Assembly (NCBI GenBank): GCA_014729135.1
Contig: WJKK01000001.1
Location: 794,919 to 858,918, forward strand
DNA: 64,000 nucleotides
Reading direction: 5' to 3'
Origin: a candidate division WWE3 bacterium
GTDB lineage: Bacteria > Patescibacteriota > WWE3 > UBA101185 > UBA10185
Positions 9,452 through 18,465 of the stretch are shown here, one piece after another (positions within the stretch are counted from its first letter, which is position 1; each line of letters opens with the position of its first letter). The notes beneath the pieces were generated by a model that was not told the origin of the DNA, did not search any database, and saw only the letters and a program-made list of their open reading frames with translations. The position numbers and the translations under genes were made by a program.

Positions 9452-9874
9452 TTGCTATATAATAGAAACAATACCAATTTAGAAAGGCACTTTATGTATA
9501 CAGAAACAGGAAAAAGACCGCAAGGGGAAACAGGACCAAATGAAGTTTTGATAAAAATGAAAGAAGGTTCCTTAAGAGGAATCCCCGTGAGATTATCTAA
9601 AAATGGAGGCGAACCGGATCCGGAACGATTGGGTTTAGGTAAGATATCTACCGGCGGTAATGAGATAGAGATAAAATTATGGGAAGAAGCAGAAAAATGG
9701 GGGCGAACTGTTGAAGGAAAAGATGCGGAAGAGGGAGACATGCCAAGAGTAGTAGACGCCATGGTGAAAACACTCCAAAAGGGGGAACACCCATCTAAAG
9801 TGGCTTGGGAGCTTGGGGCAGATCCCGAACAGTTAGAAACTGCTTACTATGCAGCTCTCGACAAAATAAACTAG
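9452..9874 (+). CDS. Hypothetical protein (start probably ATG near 9494)
   Basis: Charged, protein-like ORF with AAAGG upstream of MYTET; family not recognised. Confidence 0.6.
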   Translation: MLYNRNNTNLERHFMYTETGKRPQGETGPNEVLIKMKEGSLRGIPVRLSKNGGEPDPERLGLGKISTGGNEIEIKLWEEAEKWGRTVEGKDAEEGDMPRVVDAMVKTLQKGEHPSKVAWELGADPEQLETAYYAALDKIN

Positions 9875-9931
9875 ACTTGCTTAAAAAAAAGAAAAACCTG
9901 CCAGTTAGATACCTACTTTACTTTTGTGGAA

Positions 9932-10555
9932 TTACACCCTCCTGAATTGAAAAAGGACAATCTCTTTTCTACCGGTGTCATATCCTTTAGGAGTATTCAC
10001 GTGGTCTATCGGGATATCCTCTCTAACTTGCCCCACCATACCTAAGTCTTCAAATGCCTCCTCTAAGGCCTCTCCCCCGGAACGAGGATACACAATATAA
10101 GCATAAGTATCCCCCTCTAAATCCCACTTTAAAAGAGCATTTATATTTTGCGCCAAGCGAGCCGGAGTAACTCCTGAAAAAGGAGGATCTACAATAACGG
10201 TATCAAAGGAATATTCATACTCAGGAGTTAAGGAATCCGCATTTTCCTGATGAAGACTGTGAAGACCTCTATAAAGATCATAAGGAACAAAAACATCCTC
10301 CCCAAAAAGTTCTTTAAACCGCGGATCTATGTCAAACAGAGTCACCTCATTCCCCTTGCGCACTGCAGCTTCTGCTACAGTTGGCGTACACAAACAAGCC
10401 GTTCGACCCTCACATAAAGGAACAAGCCTTTCTATGGTATCTTCTGTAAAGAAATATTGCTCTTGACTGGCACGACGCTCCTCCAGCTGAAGTACTTCTG
10501 GTTTCCCGGAGAGGAGAGCAGCTTCTCCTGATACGTGAGATTCATTCTTTTTCAT
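9932..10555 (-). CDS. SAM-dependent methyltransferase, N6-adenineMlase (EEF1AKMT1/ZCCHC4-like) family
   Basis: QYFFTEDT, ACLCTPTV, LFDIDPRF, FVPYD and VIVDPPF occur in the order typical of that family. Confidence 0.7.
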   Translation of the reverse strand: MKKNESHVSGEAALLSGKPEVLQLEERRASQEQYFFTEDTIERLVPLCEGRTACLCTPTVAEAAVRKGNEVTLFDIDPRFKELFGEDVFVPYDLYRGLHSLHQENADSLTPEYEYSFDTVIVDPPFSGVTPARLAQNINALLKWDLEGDTYAYIVYPRSGGEALEEAFEDLGMVGQVREDIPIDHVNTPKGYDTGRKEIVLFQFRRV

Positions 10556-10669
10556 GAGATAACTTTACTATATGGCAGCTAATGGAAAGACGCAAGAGAG
10601 AAACTTAAAACCAATCTCTCAACTTGTATTTATCCAGAAAAACTGCCCGGTATTGCTCAAAACAAATCC

Positions 10670-10699
10670 TTGACACACGAACGCAAATTGATATATAAT
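10670..10699 (+). promoter_or_regulatory. Sigma70 promoter of a small-protein operon
   Basis: TTGACA-18 nt-TATAAT, 7 nt before the ATG at 10707. Confidence 0.65.
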
Positions 10700-10706
10700 T
10701 TCCGCA

Positions 10707-10871
10707 ATGCCCAAGAACAAAATTAAAATTTCACTTAACCAACAGCAAATCCAAAGAATTGCCATCCCCTTTGCACTGCAAAAATCATTTAACATCCTTT
10801 TCATTTCTACCGTAGGAACCACCTTTCTACTATGGGGAGTTGCAGTTTTGCTGGAGGGAAATATCCAATGA
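10707..10871 (+). CDS. Small single-TM protein (54 aa), not in the ORF track
   Basis: MPKNKIKISL...ILFISTVGTTFLLWGVAVLLEGNIQ*; leaderless start, ATGA overlap with the next ORF. Confidence 0.6.
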   Translation: MPKNKIKISLNQQQIQRIAIPFALQKSFNILFISTVGTTFLLWGVAVLLEGNIQ

Positions 10872-11056
10872 GGTATCCGGAACTTGCATTTATGGCTTTT
10901 TCGGCTTTCATTGCTTCTATTGCAACGTTTATAGCAGTGGCCGTTTTAATGGGAAACAAGGATGATGCAAAAGAGGAGTCTAATAAAGCCGAGGCTGAAG
11001 CCGGCAACAAGGGAAGGGATGCGATGCCTTCGGTAAAAAAAGAAAACAAAAAATGA
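10868..11056 (+). CDS. Small single-TM protein (62 aa)
   Basis: MRYPELAFMAFSAFIASIATFIAVAVLMG plus a charged tail; ATGA overlaps on both sides. Confidence 0.65.
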   Translation: MRYPELAFMAFSAFIASIATFIAVAVLMGNKDDAKEESNKAEAEAGNKGRDAMPSVKKENKK

Positions 11057-11187
11057 CTGAAATAGCAGCCTCAATTAAAGACAACTTACCTATAATAGCT
11101 CTTTCGGGACTTTCCTGGATTTTTACGCTTTTAACCTTGTGGAATCTTTATGTGTTTTGGCAAGAGAAGCGCAAAAAAGGCGATTAA
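11053..11187 (+). CDS. Small single-TM protein (44 aa), not in the ORF track
   Basis: MTEIAASIKDNLPIIALSGLSWIFTLLTLWNLYVFWQEKRKKGD*; ATGA-coupled to the previous ORF. Confidence 0.6.
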   Translation: MTEIAASIKDNLPIIALSGLSWIFTLLTLWNLYVFWQEKRKKGD

Positions 11188-12572
11188 AACCGCTTCTTCA
11201 GCTTGTAACCACCTGCCAAATCCTCAATAACAAAACCCCTCTCCTCTATTTGACGGCGAATCAAATCCGCCTTATCCCAAATCCCGTTTTTGCGGTATTC
11301 AGCACGGGTTTTGGCCAAATCCTCTACCTCCTGCGGAACCTCATAGCCAACATAATCCTGGAAATCTAAGCCCAAAACCTGATCAAAATGAATCAAAGTT
11401 TGAACCTTGTCGCCTTCGGGAAGATCGCTCTTTATAAGCTCCCAAACGACTGCAACAGCTTTAGGCATATTTAAATCGTCCAAAATTGCCGCCTCAAACT
11501 TATAAACATAATCCGCAGAAATATCGCCGTCGGTTTCGGTATAACCGCTTAAAATATTATAGAGGCGGTCTAAAGCGGAGTGAGATGCCCCTAAAGCTTC
11601 CCACGTGAAATTAAGCGTGGACCTGTAATGGGCACTTAAATAAAAGTAGCGAAGGTCAAGCGGTTTGAAGTCTTTGGCTTTGATGTCATCTAAGGTGTAA
11701 GCATTACCCAAACTTTTACTCATTTTGCCATTATCAACTTTAAGGAAGGCACCATGCAACCAGTAATTTACAAATTTCTTACCGGTTACTGCCTCACTTT
11801 GTGCTATTTCGTTTTGATGGTGAATCATTTTGAGGTCCTCTCCACCAATGTGGATGTCTACAGTTTCGCCAAGCTCTGCCATACACATAGCGGAACATTC
11901 AAGGTGCCATCCGGGAAAGCCCTTTCCCCAAGGCGAATTCCACTCCTGCCATCTCTTAGAATCTTTAGGGGAAAATTTCCATAATGCAAAGTCTGTTGCA
12001 TGCTTTTTTTCGGGATTTGGCTCTACGCGAGCGCCTTCTTTTACGGTTTCTTCAGTTAATCCTGAAAGCTCGCCATAATTTTCAAATTTGCCTGTATTAA
12101 AGTAAATTCCATCGGAAGTGCGGTAGGTATAGCCTCTTTTTTCAAGTTCTTTTACTAGTTTGACTTGTTCGGCGATATACTCTGTTGCTCTGGTGAATTT
12201 GGTTGGTTTGAGTAAATTTAGTTCTCGAAATCCTTTTTGAAAGTCTTTAATGTAAAAATCGGCTATTTCAGAAGCGCTCTTCCCTTCCCTTTCAGCGGCC
12301 ATTTCCAAACGATCCTCTCCTGTGTCGGCGTCGCCTTCGTTGTCGCCGGTTAAATGGCCAACGTCGGTCAAGTTCATGATGTAGCGAACGTCGTACTTTT
12401 TGTAGCGGAGGGTTCTGTAGAGTATATCGCCAAGTGTGTAGGTACGGTAATTGCCGATGGTGACGTAGTTGTAGACGGTAGGGCCACATGTGTACATGGT
12501 TATGAGATCGGGGTTTTGCGGAATAAATTCTTGAAGTTTTTTGGTGAGTGAGTTGTGAAGTTTTAGTTGCAT
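11184..12572 (-). CDS. cysS: Cysteine--tRNA ligase
   Basis: YTCGPTVY, DFALWK, PGWHLECSAM, HHQNEIAQ and KMSKSLGN motifs. Confidence 0.97.
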   Translation of the reverse strand: MQLKLHNSLTKKLQEFIPQNPDLITMYTCGPTVYNYVTIGNYRTYTLGDILYRTLRYKKYDVRYIMNLTDVGHLTGDNEGDADTGEDRLEMAAEREGKSASEIADFYIKDFQKGFRELNLLKPTKFTRATEYIAEQVKLVKELEKRGYTYRTSDGIYFNTGKFENYGELSGLTEETVKEGARVEPNPEKKHATDFALWKFSPKDSKRWQEWNSPWGKGFPGWHLECSAMCMAELGETVDIHIGGEDLKMIHHQNEIAQSEAVTGKKFVNYWLHGAFLKVDNGKMSKSLGNAYTLDDIKAKDFKPLDLRYFYLSAHYRSTLNFTWEALGASHSALDRLYNILSGYTETDGDISADYVYKFEAAILDDLNMPKAVAVVWELIKSDLPEGDKVQTLIHFDQVLGLDFQDYVGYEVPQEVEDLAKTRAEYRKNGIWDKADLIRRQIEERGFVIEDLAGGYKLKKRF

Positions 12573-12709
12573 GTTGTGGTTATTTTAGCACAGGAGGATT
12601 GGGACACCTATATTCTATAAGTCTCGTGACATAAAATGTAATGTGAGATACAATATGCACATAGTCAAGGTTGGCTCTTAGATCCTTTGGGATAAGAGGC
12701 TAAACAAGA

Positions 12710-12738
12710 AAAAAGCTCCGTTTTTACGGGGCTTTTTT
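12710..12738. terminator. Bidirectional intrinsic terminator
   Basis: AAAAAGCTCCG-TTTTTA-CGGGGCTTTTTT directly after recR. Confidence 0.7.
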
Positions 12739-12762
12739 GTTTGGTTTGCTAAAACCCTTGAA

Positions 12763-13392
12763 TTAACGACGAGAATCAAGCGCACGAGAAAGCGTATTAT
12801 CGTCGGCATACTCAATATCCCCTCCCACCGGCAAACCCCTCCCAATTCGCGTAATTCTCACAACACTTTCATCAAAACCCTTCTCACGGATCAAATCCCG
12901 GATGTAATGCGCTGTCGACTCCCCCTCCATTCCGGCGTTTGTTGCCAACACTACCTCCACAAAAGAATCAGGATCATTTTTGACCTCAAAGACAAGCTTT
13001 TCTAAACGCTCCACCAAACTTGCTAAATAAATGTCGTCAGGGCCAATGTAACTTAAGGGATCGATTAGGCCGTGGAGCACATGGTAGACGCCTTTGTAGT
13101 CGGTTCTTTCGAGGGCAACTACGTCTAGAGGGGAGGTGACGACAAGGATTTGGCGATGATTGCGGGAGGTATCGGAGCAGATTTTGCAGGTTTCTTCTTC
13201 GGAGATGTTTTTGCAGGTGCTGCAGAGTTGGGTGCGTTTTTTTAAAGCGCCTACTAGAGAGCCGAATTCTTCTAATTCACGATCAGGAAAGTTGAGCATA
13301 TAAAAAACCAGTCGCTGTGCAGTCTTAGAGCCTACTCCCGGCAAACGTTCGAAGTAGTTTATTAAGTCTGTGATGATGTTTGGAAACGCCAC
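12763..13392 (-). CDS. recR: Recombination mediator RecR
   Basis: LPGVGSKTAQRL, C4 zinc finger, YHVLHG, EGESTA and GLPVGGDIEYAD motifs. Confidence 0.96.
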   Translation of the reverse strand: MAFPNIITDLINYFERLPGVGSKTAQRLVFYMLNFPDRELEEFGSLVGALKKRTQLCSTCKNISEEETCKICSDTSRNHRQILVVTSPLDVVALERTDYKGVYHVLHGLIDPLSYIGPDDIYLASLVERLEKLVFEVKNDPDSFVEVVLATNAGMEGESTAHYIRDLIREKGFDESVVRITRIGRGLPVGGDIEYADDNTLSRALDSRR

Positions 13393-13436
13393 TTATGAAT
13401 TCTACCAAATACTCTTATAAGGAATTAGACTTGATT

Positions 13437-15224
13437 CTACACCCCGGGAAGGCCGCCATCAAAAACCTCCAGTAAAGAACCATCCAAACTCACCTCACTA
13501 CTCTGCATACTTGGGACAACAACATTCAAATCGGTTAACTCCCCCGTCTCACGACCCCTCTTTTTAGGAGAGGCTTTCACAACACACTCCAGGGACAACT
13601 CCATATCAAAAACTTCGGAAAAAACCGTCTCCACAATCCTGCGATTTTTTGTATATTCCAGGCGATCTTTGTGAAAGGCAAACTCCACCTCTAAGACCAC
13701 AGCATCCCCTTTGACTTCCACTGGCTCCGCTGCCTTTAGTAAAGCTCTTACCGAGTGATTATATTTGCGAGAGGATCTTAAAACGTCGTTCCATTTTTTG
13801 GCTATTTCGGAGGCGGTTATGTCAATTGGGGACTTTGTTTCAGCTTTTTTCGGGGAGGGGCCTTCACTCCCATCCGGCATCCTACTGCCATCTGCCATCC
13901 CACTTCCGTTTTCCAGCTCACTTACACCCGTCATCCTACTGGCCTCCGCCATTCCGCCTCCGTCTGTCATCCCGGACTTGCTCCGAGATTCGGGACCCTG
14001 ATTTTCATCAGGATGACAAGGTTTAGAGGCATCGGAAGGGTTTTCCTCCACAGGGGTGGGTTTACTGGAAGATCTCTCCTCCGTAGATGTGGAGATATTA
14101 GTCATACCTTTTCCTAGAAAAGGGACAGGCTTCTTAGAGGACTGTCCTCTTAAAGGACTGTCCCCTCCTCCACAAATCTCGGCAACGGCAAGCTCCAAAG
14201 GCAACGTCGCAATATTAGACTCCGCAATCTCATTGCGCGCCTGCAAAAACTTCCGCGTATAAAACACCAAATCCTCCACCGAAAAGCCGGCAGCCTGCTC
14301 CTCCATTAACGCTGCTACCTCCTCCGTAACGTCCGACAAAACACCCTTGGCCCCCGCCTGCACAAACAAAAGCGACTTCAAATACTCCAAAAGCTGATAA
14401 GACCAAACCTCCATGTCCACACCCGACGCAAACTTCTCCTCCAAAAACTCCAAAGCCGAAGCCGCCTCCCCCGCAACCAAAAACGCAACAAAATCATGAA
14501 ACTCAACATAAGACGAAAAACCAAACAAACTCTCAGGATCCAGACTCCCCTGAATCACCTGCTGCAACATCGTCTCCGCATCTCGATAACCACCAAAAGA
14601 CGCCTGCGCAATCTTCCGCAAAGTCGCTTCCGCCACCTCCTCGCCAACCCCCTCCTCCGAAGCAATCAAACCCAACTTGGCAACCAGCTGCTCCATGGAA
14701 GCGCGCCTAAAATTAAAAACCTGACAGCGCGACTTAATAGTATCCAAAACTTTGTGCGGCTCAGTTGTGCACAAAACAAACAGGGCATGCTCCGGCGGCT
14801 CCTCCAAAGTCTTAAGCAAGGCGTTAAAAGCCTCCTTGGTCAACATGTGAACCTCGTCAATTATATAAACTTTTTTCGTTCCTTGCGAGGGAGCCAGGCC
14901 AATTCGATCACGAAGATTGCGAATGTCATCAATTCCGCGATTACTGGCAGCATCAATTTCTATTAGGTCCAGAAAATTACCTTTTTTAATGGTCTTACAA
15001 TTTGGGCAGGTATCGCAAGGATCACCATTTGGCTGAATGTTTGTGCAGTTTGCAGCCTTAGCCAGTAAACGCGCGGTTGTAGTCTTACCGGTTCCACGAG
15101 GGCCAATGAAAAGGTAGGCGTGCGAAAGGTTCCCATTTTTTACCTGAGTAGCCAGTGCATCTGCAATGGGGTTTGGCTTAACAAGTTCGCTAAATTTTTG
15201 CGGTCGGTATTTTAGATAAAACAT
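13437..15224 (-). CDS. dnaX: DNA polymerase III subunit gamma/tau; linker expanded by repeat insertions
   Basis: YLKYRP, GPRGTGKTT, EIDAASNRG, IIDEVHML and SRC motifs. Confidence 0.96.
   Translation of the reverse strand: MFYLKYRPQKFSELVKPNPIADALATQVKNGNLSHAYLFIGPRGTGKTTTARLLAKAANCTNIQPNGDPCDTCPNCKTIKKGNFLDLIEIDAASNRGIDDIRNLRDRIGLAPSQGTKKVYIIDEVHMLTKEAFNALLKTLEEPPEHALFVLCTTEPHKVLDTIKSRCQVFNFRRASMEQLVAKLGLIASEEGVGEEVAEATLRKIAQASFGGYRDAETMLQQVIQGSLDPESLFGFSSYVEFHDFVAFLVAGEAASALEFLEEKFASGVDMEVWSYQLLEYLKSLLFVQAGAKGVLSDVTEEVAALMEEQAAGFSVEDLVFYTRKFLQARNEIAESNIATLPLELAVAEICGGGDSPLRGQSSKKPVPFLGKGMTNISTSTEERSSSKPTPVEENPSDASKPCHPDENQGPESRSKSGMTDGGGMAEASRMTGVSELENGSGMADGSRMPDGSEGPSPKKAETKSPIDITASEIAKKWNDVLRSSRKYNHSVRALLKAAEPVEVKGDAVVLEVEFAFHKDRLEYTKNRRIVETVFSEVFDMELSLECVVKASPKKRGRETGELTDLNVVVPSMQSSEVSLDGSLLEVFDGGLPGV
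13966..14017. repeat. RPE-like palindromes inside dnaX
   Basis: GTCATCCCGGACTTGCTCCGAGATTC followed by CCTGATTTTCATCAGGATGAC; peptide CHPDENQGPESRSKSGMT. Confidence 0.8.
14118..14166. repeat. GGACAGTCC-type REP cluster inside dnaX
   Basis: AGGGACAGGCTTCTTAGAGGACTGTCCTCTTAAAGGACTGTCCCCT matches the RAYT-flanking repeats. Confidence 0.8.
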
Positions 15225-15435
15225 AGACAGGTTTTTTTGTTTTTAAGGTGGCGGGTTTTCCCGCGGGATTTTCTTCAGCGCCTTGACGCCTTAGACCCCC
15301 AAAGCTCTGAAGCCCTAAGACTTTAGAGCCGGCAACAACTCCATTATTATTTGTTGCAGTAAAAGGAAAATATCCGAAAAAATTCTCTAATCGTCAATCG
15401 GACACGGCCCACTATAAAATTAGCATCAGGAAAAT

Positions 15436-15936
15436 TTAATATCCACCAATTGGCAGCTGAATATCCTTAATTTCGTCAAGCTCTTGTGGGGAAAAACCGG
15501 AAAGCACCCAATCTTCCGTATCAATTTGTTCATTTTTTGGGCGCCCAACTCCTACGCGAAAACGCCAAAAGTTCTTGGTTTTTAAAGAGACAATTACATC
15601 TTCAACGCCTTTATGACCGGCAGGGCCGACACCTTTCTGCAACTTAGTTTGGGCAAAGGCTAGGTCAACGTCGTCATGAACTAAAAGGATTTTTTCGGAA
15701 GGGATTTTGAAGTAGGCGGATAAGTAGCCTGCCGTAATTCCGGAACGATTCATCATGGTTTGAGGTTTTGCAAGAATTATGTCGTTATATTGTGTCACTT
15801 TTGCCTGAGCTTTTTTGTCGGTTTTCCAGGAAAGATTGTTTTGGGAGGCGTACTCATCTAGAAGAATAAATCCGACGTTATGCCGTGTGTTTTTGTAGGC
15901 TTTTCCTATGTTGCCTAGCCCTATTATTAGTTTCAT
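15436..15936 (-). CDS. pth: Peptidyl-tRNA hydrolase
   Basis: MKLIIGLGN, TRHNVGF, KPQTMMNRSG, HDDVD, GHKG and RVGVGRP motifs. Confidence 0.95.
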   Translation of the reverse strand: MKLIIGLGNIGKAYKNTRHNVGFILLDEYASQNNLSWKTDKKAQAKVTQYNDIILAKPQTMMNRSGITAGYLSAYFKIPSEKILLVHDDVDLAFAQTKLQKGVGPAGHKGVEDVIVSLKTKNFWRFRVGVGRPKNEQIDTEDWVLSGFSPQELDEIKDIQLPIGGY

Positions 15937-15989
15937 TTTTGTTTTTGCTCCGGCGAACGTCATGGCGAACCCCAATCCGCCGTCAAAAT

Positions 15990-16379
15990 CTAAGCGTTGT
16001 CATCCCCTTCATGATGCACTCCCAATAAATGTAAAACTCCATGCTCCACCAGCTCCGCAATTTCATGCGCCAAATCATTGTTGTAATCTGGAGCTTGAGC
16101 TGCTGCCCTATCCGTTGATACCACAATGTCGCCCAAATGATAAGTTTCATCATCTATTTTTTGGTTAATATTAAAGGAGAGAACGTCGGTTGGAGTGTCA
16201 CGGTTTAAATACTTTTTGTTAAGTTTATGAATCGTTTCATTATCAACCAAAGAAACGGAAATAGTGACCTTTTGAAACTTTGCCAAATCCTTTAGTGGAG
16301 GCATTTCCGCAGCATTCCCCGGAGCACTTTTTGGCAGCTGAGTGGAAATAGAATCCGAAGCTTTACTGACTTTTGACAT
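15990..16379 (-). CDS. ybeY: rRNA maturation endoribonuclease YbeY
   Basis: LNKKYL..D.PTDVLSF, LGDIVVS and HGVLHLLGVHH motifs. Confidence 0.92.
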   Translation of the reverse strand: MSKVSKASDSISTQLPKSAPGNAAEMPPLKDLAKFQKVTISVSLVDNETIHKLNKKYLNRDTPTDVLSFNINQKIDDETYHLGDIVVSTDRAAAQAPDYNNDLAHEIAELVEHGVLHLLGVHHEGDDNA

Positions 16380-16659
16380 ACTTTAGCAGTTCCGAAAGAA
16401 TTTCAACTTCTCTTTGATCCTTTTCTGCTAAATCGTCTCGGCCGGCATCCTTGTACAACTGAGCCGTTTCCTTGCGCTGTTTAAGCTGCTTCTCAGTTAT
16501 GGCAACAACTTGTTCCTTGGAAATTTTTTCCCCATTAGCCCGCAGCTCAATTTCCTTGTTTTTCACTTGAGAAAGCAAATACCTCAACACGGAAACCTTT
16601 TCCTTGTCCCCTGCTTTTTGAAGCTCAAGAAGTTTCTTTTGAAGTTTTGTTGTGATCAT
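16363..16659 (-). CDS. GatB/YqeY domain protein (short form)
   Basis: KAGDKEKVSVLR...KQRKETAQLYKDAGRDDLAEKD; follows rpsU as is usual for yqeY. Confidence 0.88.
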   Translation of the reverse strand: MITTKLQKKLLELQKAGDKEKVSVLRYLLSQVKNKEIELRANGEKISKEQVVAITEKQLKQRKETAQLYKDAGRDDLAEKDQREVEILSELLKYVKSQ

Positions 16660-16856
16660 TATCTTCGTCTCCTTCTTTGTTCCAATCTAATTTTACGTTG
16701 TTTTGCTTCGAGTTTTTGTTGTTTTATTTTACTAGCCGATATGTGACGATCTCTTAGACGGGTTTCACTTAAAACCCCCGATTTATTCACTTTATGAATG
16801 AATCTTCGAAGAGTACGCTCAAATGGCTCGTTCTTTCTCGCTTTTACTTTAGGCAC
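16659..16856 (-). CDS. rpsU: 30S ribosomal protein S21
   Basis: KNEPFERTLRRF...KSGVLSE; basic, 65 aa. Confidence 0.88.
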   Translation of the reverse strand: MPKVKARKNEPFERTLRRFIHKVNKSGVLSETRLRDRHISASKIKQQKLEAKQRKIRLEQRRRRR

Positions 16857-17037
16857 AGGTTAAAAAGCACCTCCAAATCTGATTAAATCATGTACTTTTA
16901 GTTGGCTGTTTTGTAGCTGTTCTGTCGAACTTCTCGCTAGATGTCTAAGTATGCTAATTTACAACAGATGTTCTTGTTGGCCAACTTTAGATAACATTAG
17001 CAGTATATATTTAATGTCGTTATCTTGCAAATTTTTA

Positions 17038-17177
17038 AAGGATAATCCTTGCAAAGGAATACCGAAATACTAACACCACAGGCAAAAGTCTGAAAAATAC
17101 AAGGATAATCCTTCATCAAAACAAGCAGTCTAGTTATAACAAGGGCAATACCCTGAAAACGTAGAAGGATTATCCTT
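17038..17177. repeat. Three 13-bp palindromes AAGGATWATCCTT at 63-64 bp spacing
   Basis: Copies at 17038, 17101 and 17165; a degenerate copy near 37308. Confidence 0.7.
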
Positions 17178-17190
17178 AAAACTTGGATGT

Positions 17191-18396
17191 TTAAAAGATG
17201 CGGATGACGTCGCGAACACTAACTAGCAAAAGAAGCGACATCAAAACCAAAATCCCCGCCTTGTGCACAGCAGCCTCCACCTTAGGACTCACCCGCTTAC
17301 CCCTCACAGACTCAATTGCAATAAACAACACCCTTCCTCCATCTAGCGCGGGCAGGGGCAAAACATTTAAAACTGCCAAACTTACAGAGATCAAAGCAGT
17401 CAAATCAATTAAATTCAAAGCAATCTGACCGACACTCCCTTTAGAATAGGAAACAATATTTTCCACCAGCGAATAGATCCCCACGGGACCCGAAACGCTT
17501 TCAGATAAAGGCTCGGCACTCCCCTGCTCCACTGACAACCCAATTAACTTTCCAAAAGCACTTGTTGAATAACCCAAGACATTATAGGCATGCAAGAAAC
17601 CCGACGCTAACTTTTGCGCAGGCTCCTGATAAAAAATCTGAGCAGAACTACCCAAATACACGCCTAAAAGCGGATCGCCTTCTTCATCCAAATAAGGCGT
17701 GATAGTTAAGCTACGCTCCTTTTCAGCTGCCAAATCCAAGACTCGCACAACAACCTCCTTTGTATTCCCCACCTCTTCCGCCTCCAAAGATTCCTCCTCC
17801 ACGGAAAGCTCCATGGAATAAGCCGTTGCAACAGCCTCCCGAATCTCCTCCACAGAATCCACCGGAGTCCCCCAATTAACATCAGAAGCTCCAATAAAAA
17901 CGATAGCCTCCCCCGGCTCCATCTTATCCTTCAAAGGCGACTTCTCATCCAGGCTAAAAACCACAGTATCAACAGTGCGGACCTCTCCAAACTCGAAAGC
18001 ATGATCAAAAATCAGCGGAATGTGAGAGGTTTTAGACCCATTAGCCACCATGAAAACGTAAAACAAAGCAACGCCAAATAAAGTATTCATGACAACCCCT
18101 GCCAACAAAATTGCAGCCCTTTGCAAAGGCGTTTTAGAAATAAAGTTCTGCGGATCTTTCAAGTCTTCCTTGGAATATTCATAGCTATCCTCCCCTTTTA
18201 GACGAACAAACCCACCAAAAGGAAGCAGGTTTAAAGAGTAAATTGTTTCCCCAATTTTTTTGCCGTAAATTCTGGGAGGGATGCCCAGGCCAAATTCTTC
18301 CACAGCTACTCCCATTTTTTTGGCCGTCAAAAAGTGACCCAGTTCGTGAATTAAAACTAAAACTGAAAGTATTAAAATGAAAATTATAAATGACAT
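17191..18396 (-). CDS. rseP: RIP metalloprotease RseP (M50)
   Basis: HELGH, LLPFGGFVRL, SGPVGI and NVLPLPALDGG motifs. Confidence 0.94.
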   Translation of the reverse strand: MSFIIFILILSVLVLIHELGHFLTAKKMGVAVEEFGLGIPPRIYGKKIGETIYSLNLLPFGGFVRLKGEDSYEYSKEDLKDPQNFISKTPLQRAAILLAGVVMNTLFGVALFYVFMVANGSKTSHIPLIFDHAFEFGEVRTVDTVVFSLDEKSPLKDKMEPGEAIVFIGASDVNWGTPVDSVEEIREAVATAYSMELSVEEESLEAEEVGNTKEVVVRVLDLAAEKERSLTITPYLDEEGDPLLGVYLGSSAQIFYQEPAQKLASGFLHAYNVLGYSTSAFGKLIGLSVEQGSAEPLSESVSGPVGIYSLVENIVSYSKGSVGQIALNLIDLTALISVSLAVLNVLPLPALDGGRVLFIAIESVRGKRVSPKVEAAVHKAGILVLMSLLLLVSVRDVIRIF

Positions 18397-18465
18397 ATTT
18401 TTGCTTTTTTGCTTCTTGCTTTGGGGCTTGCGGACAGATAAATTCGAACTAAAACCTACAACAGC

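Noticed and set aside
15225-15435. SRP RNA (ffs) upstream of dnaX
   Set aside because: No CAGG..GGAA..AGCAG domain IV motif on either strand; only degenerate 8-bp tandem units.
17038-17177. CRISPR array
   Set aside because: Repeats are only 13 bp with ~50-bp spacers, there are three copies, and no cas genes are present; the same applies to 39914-40056.
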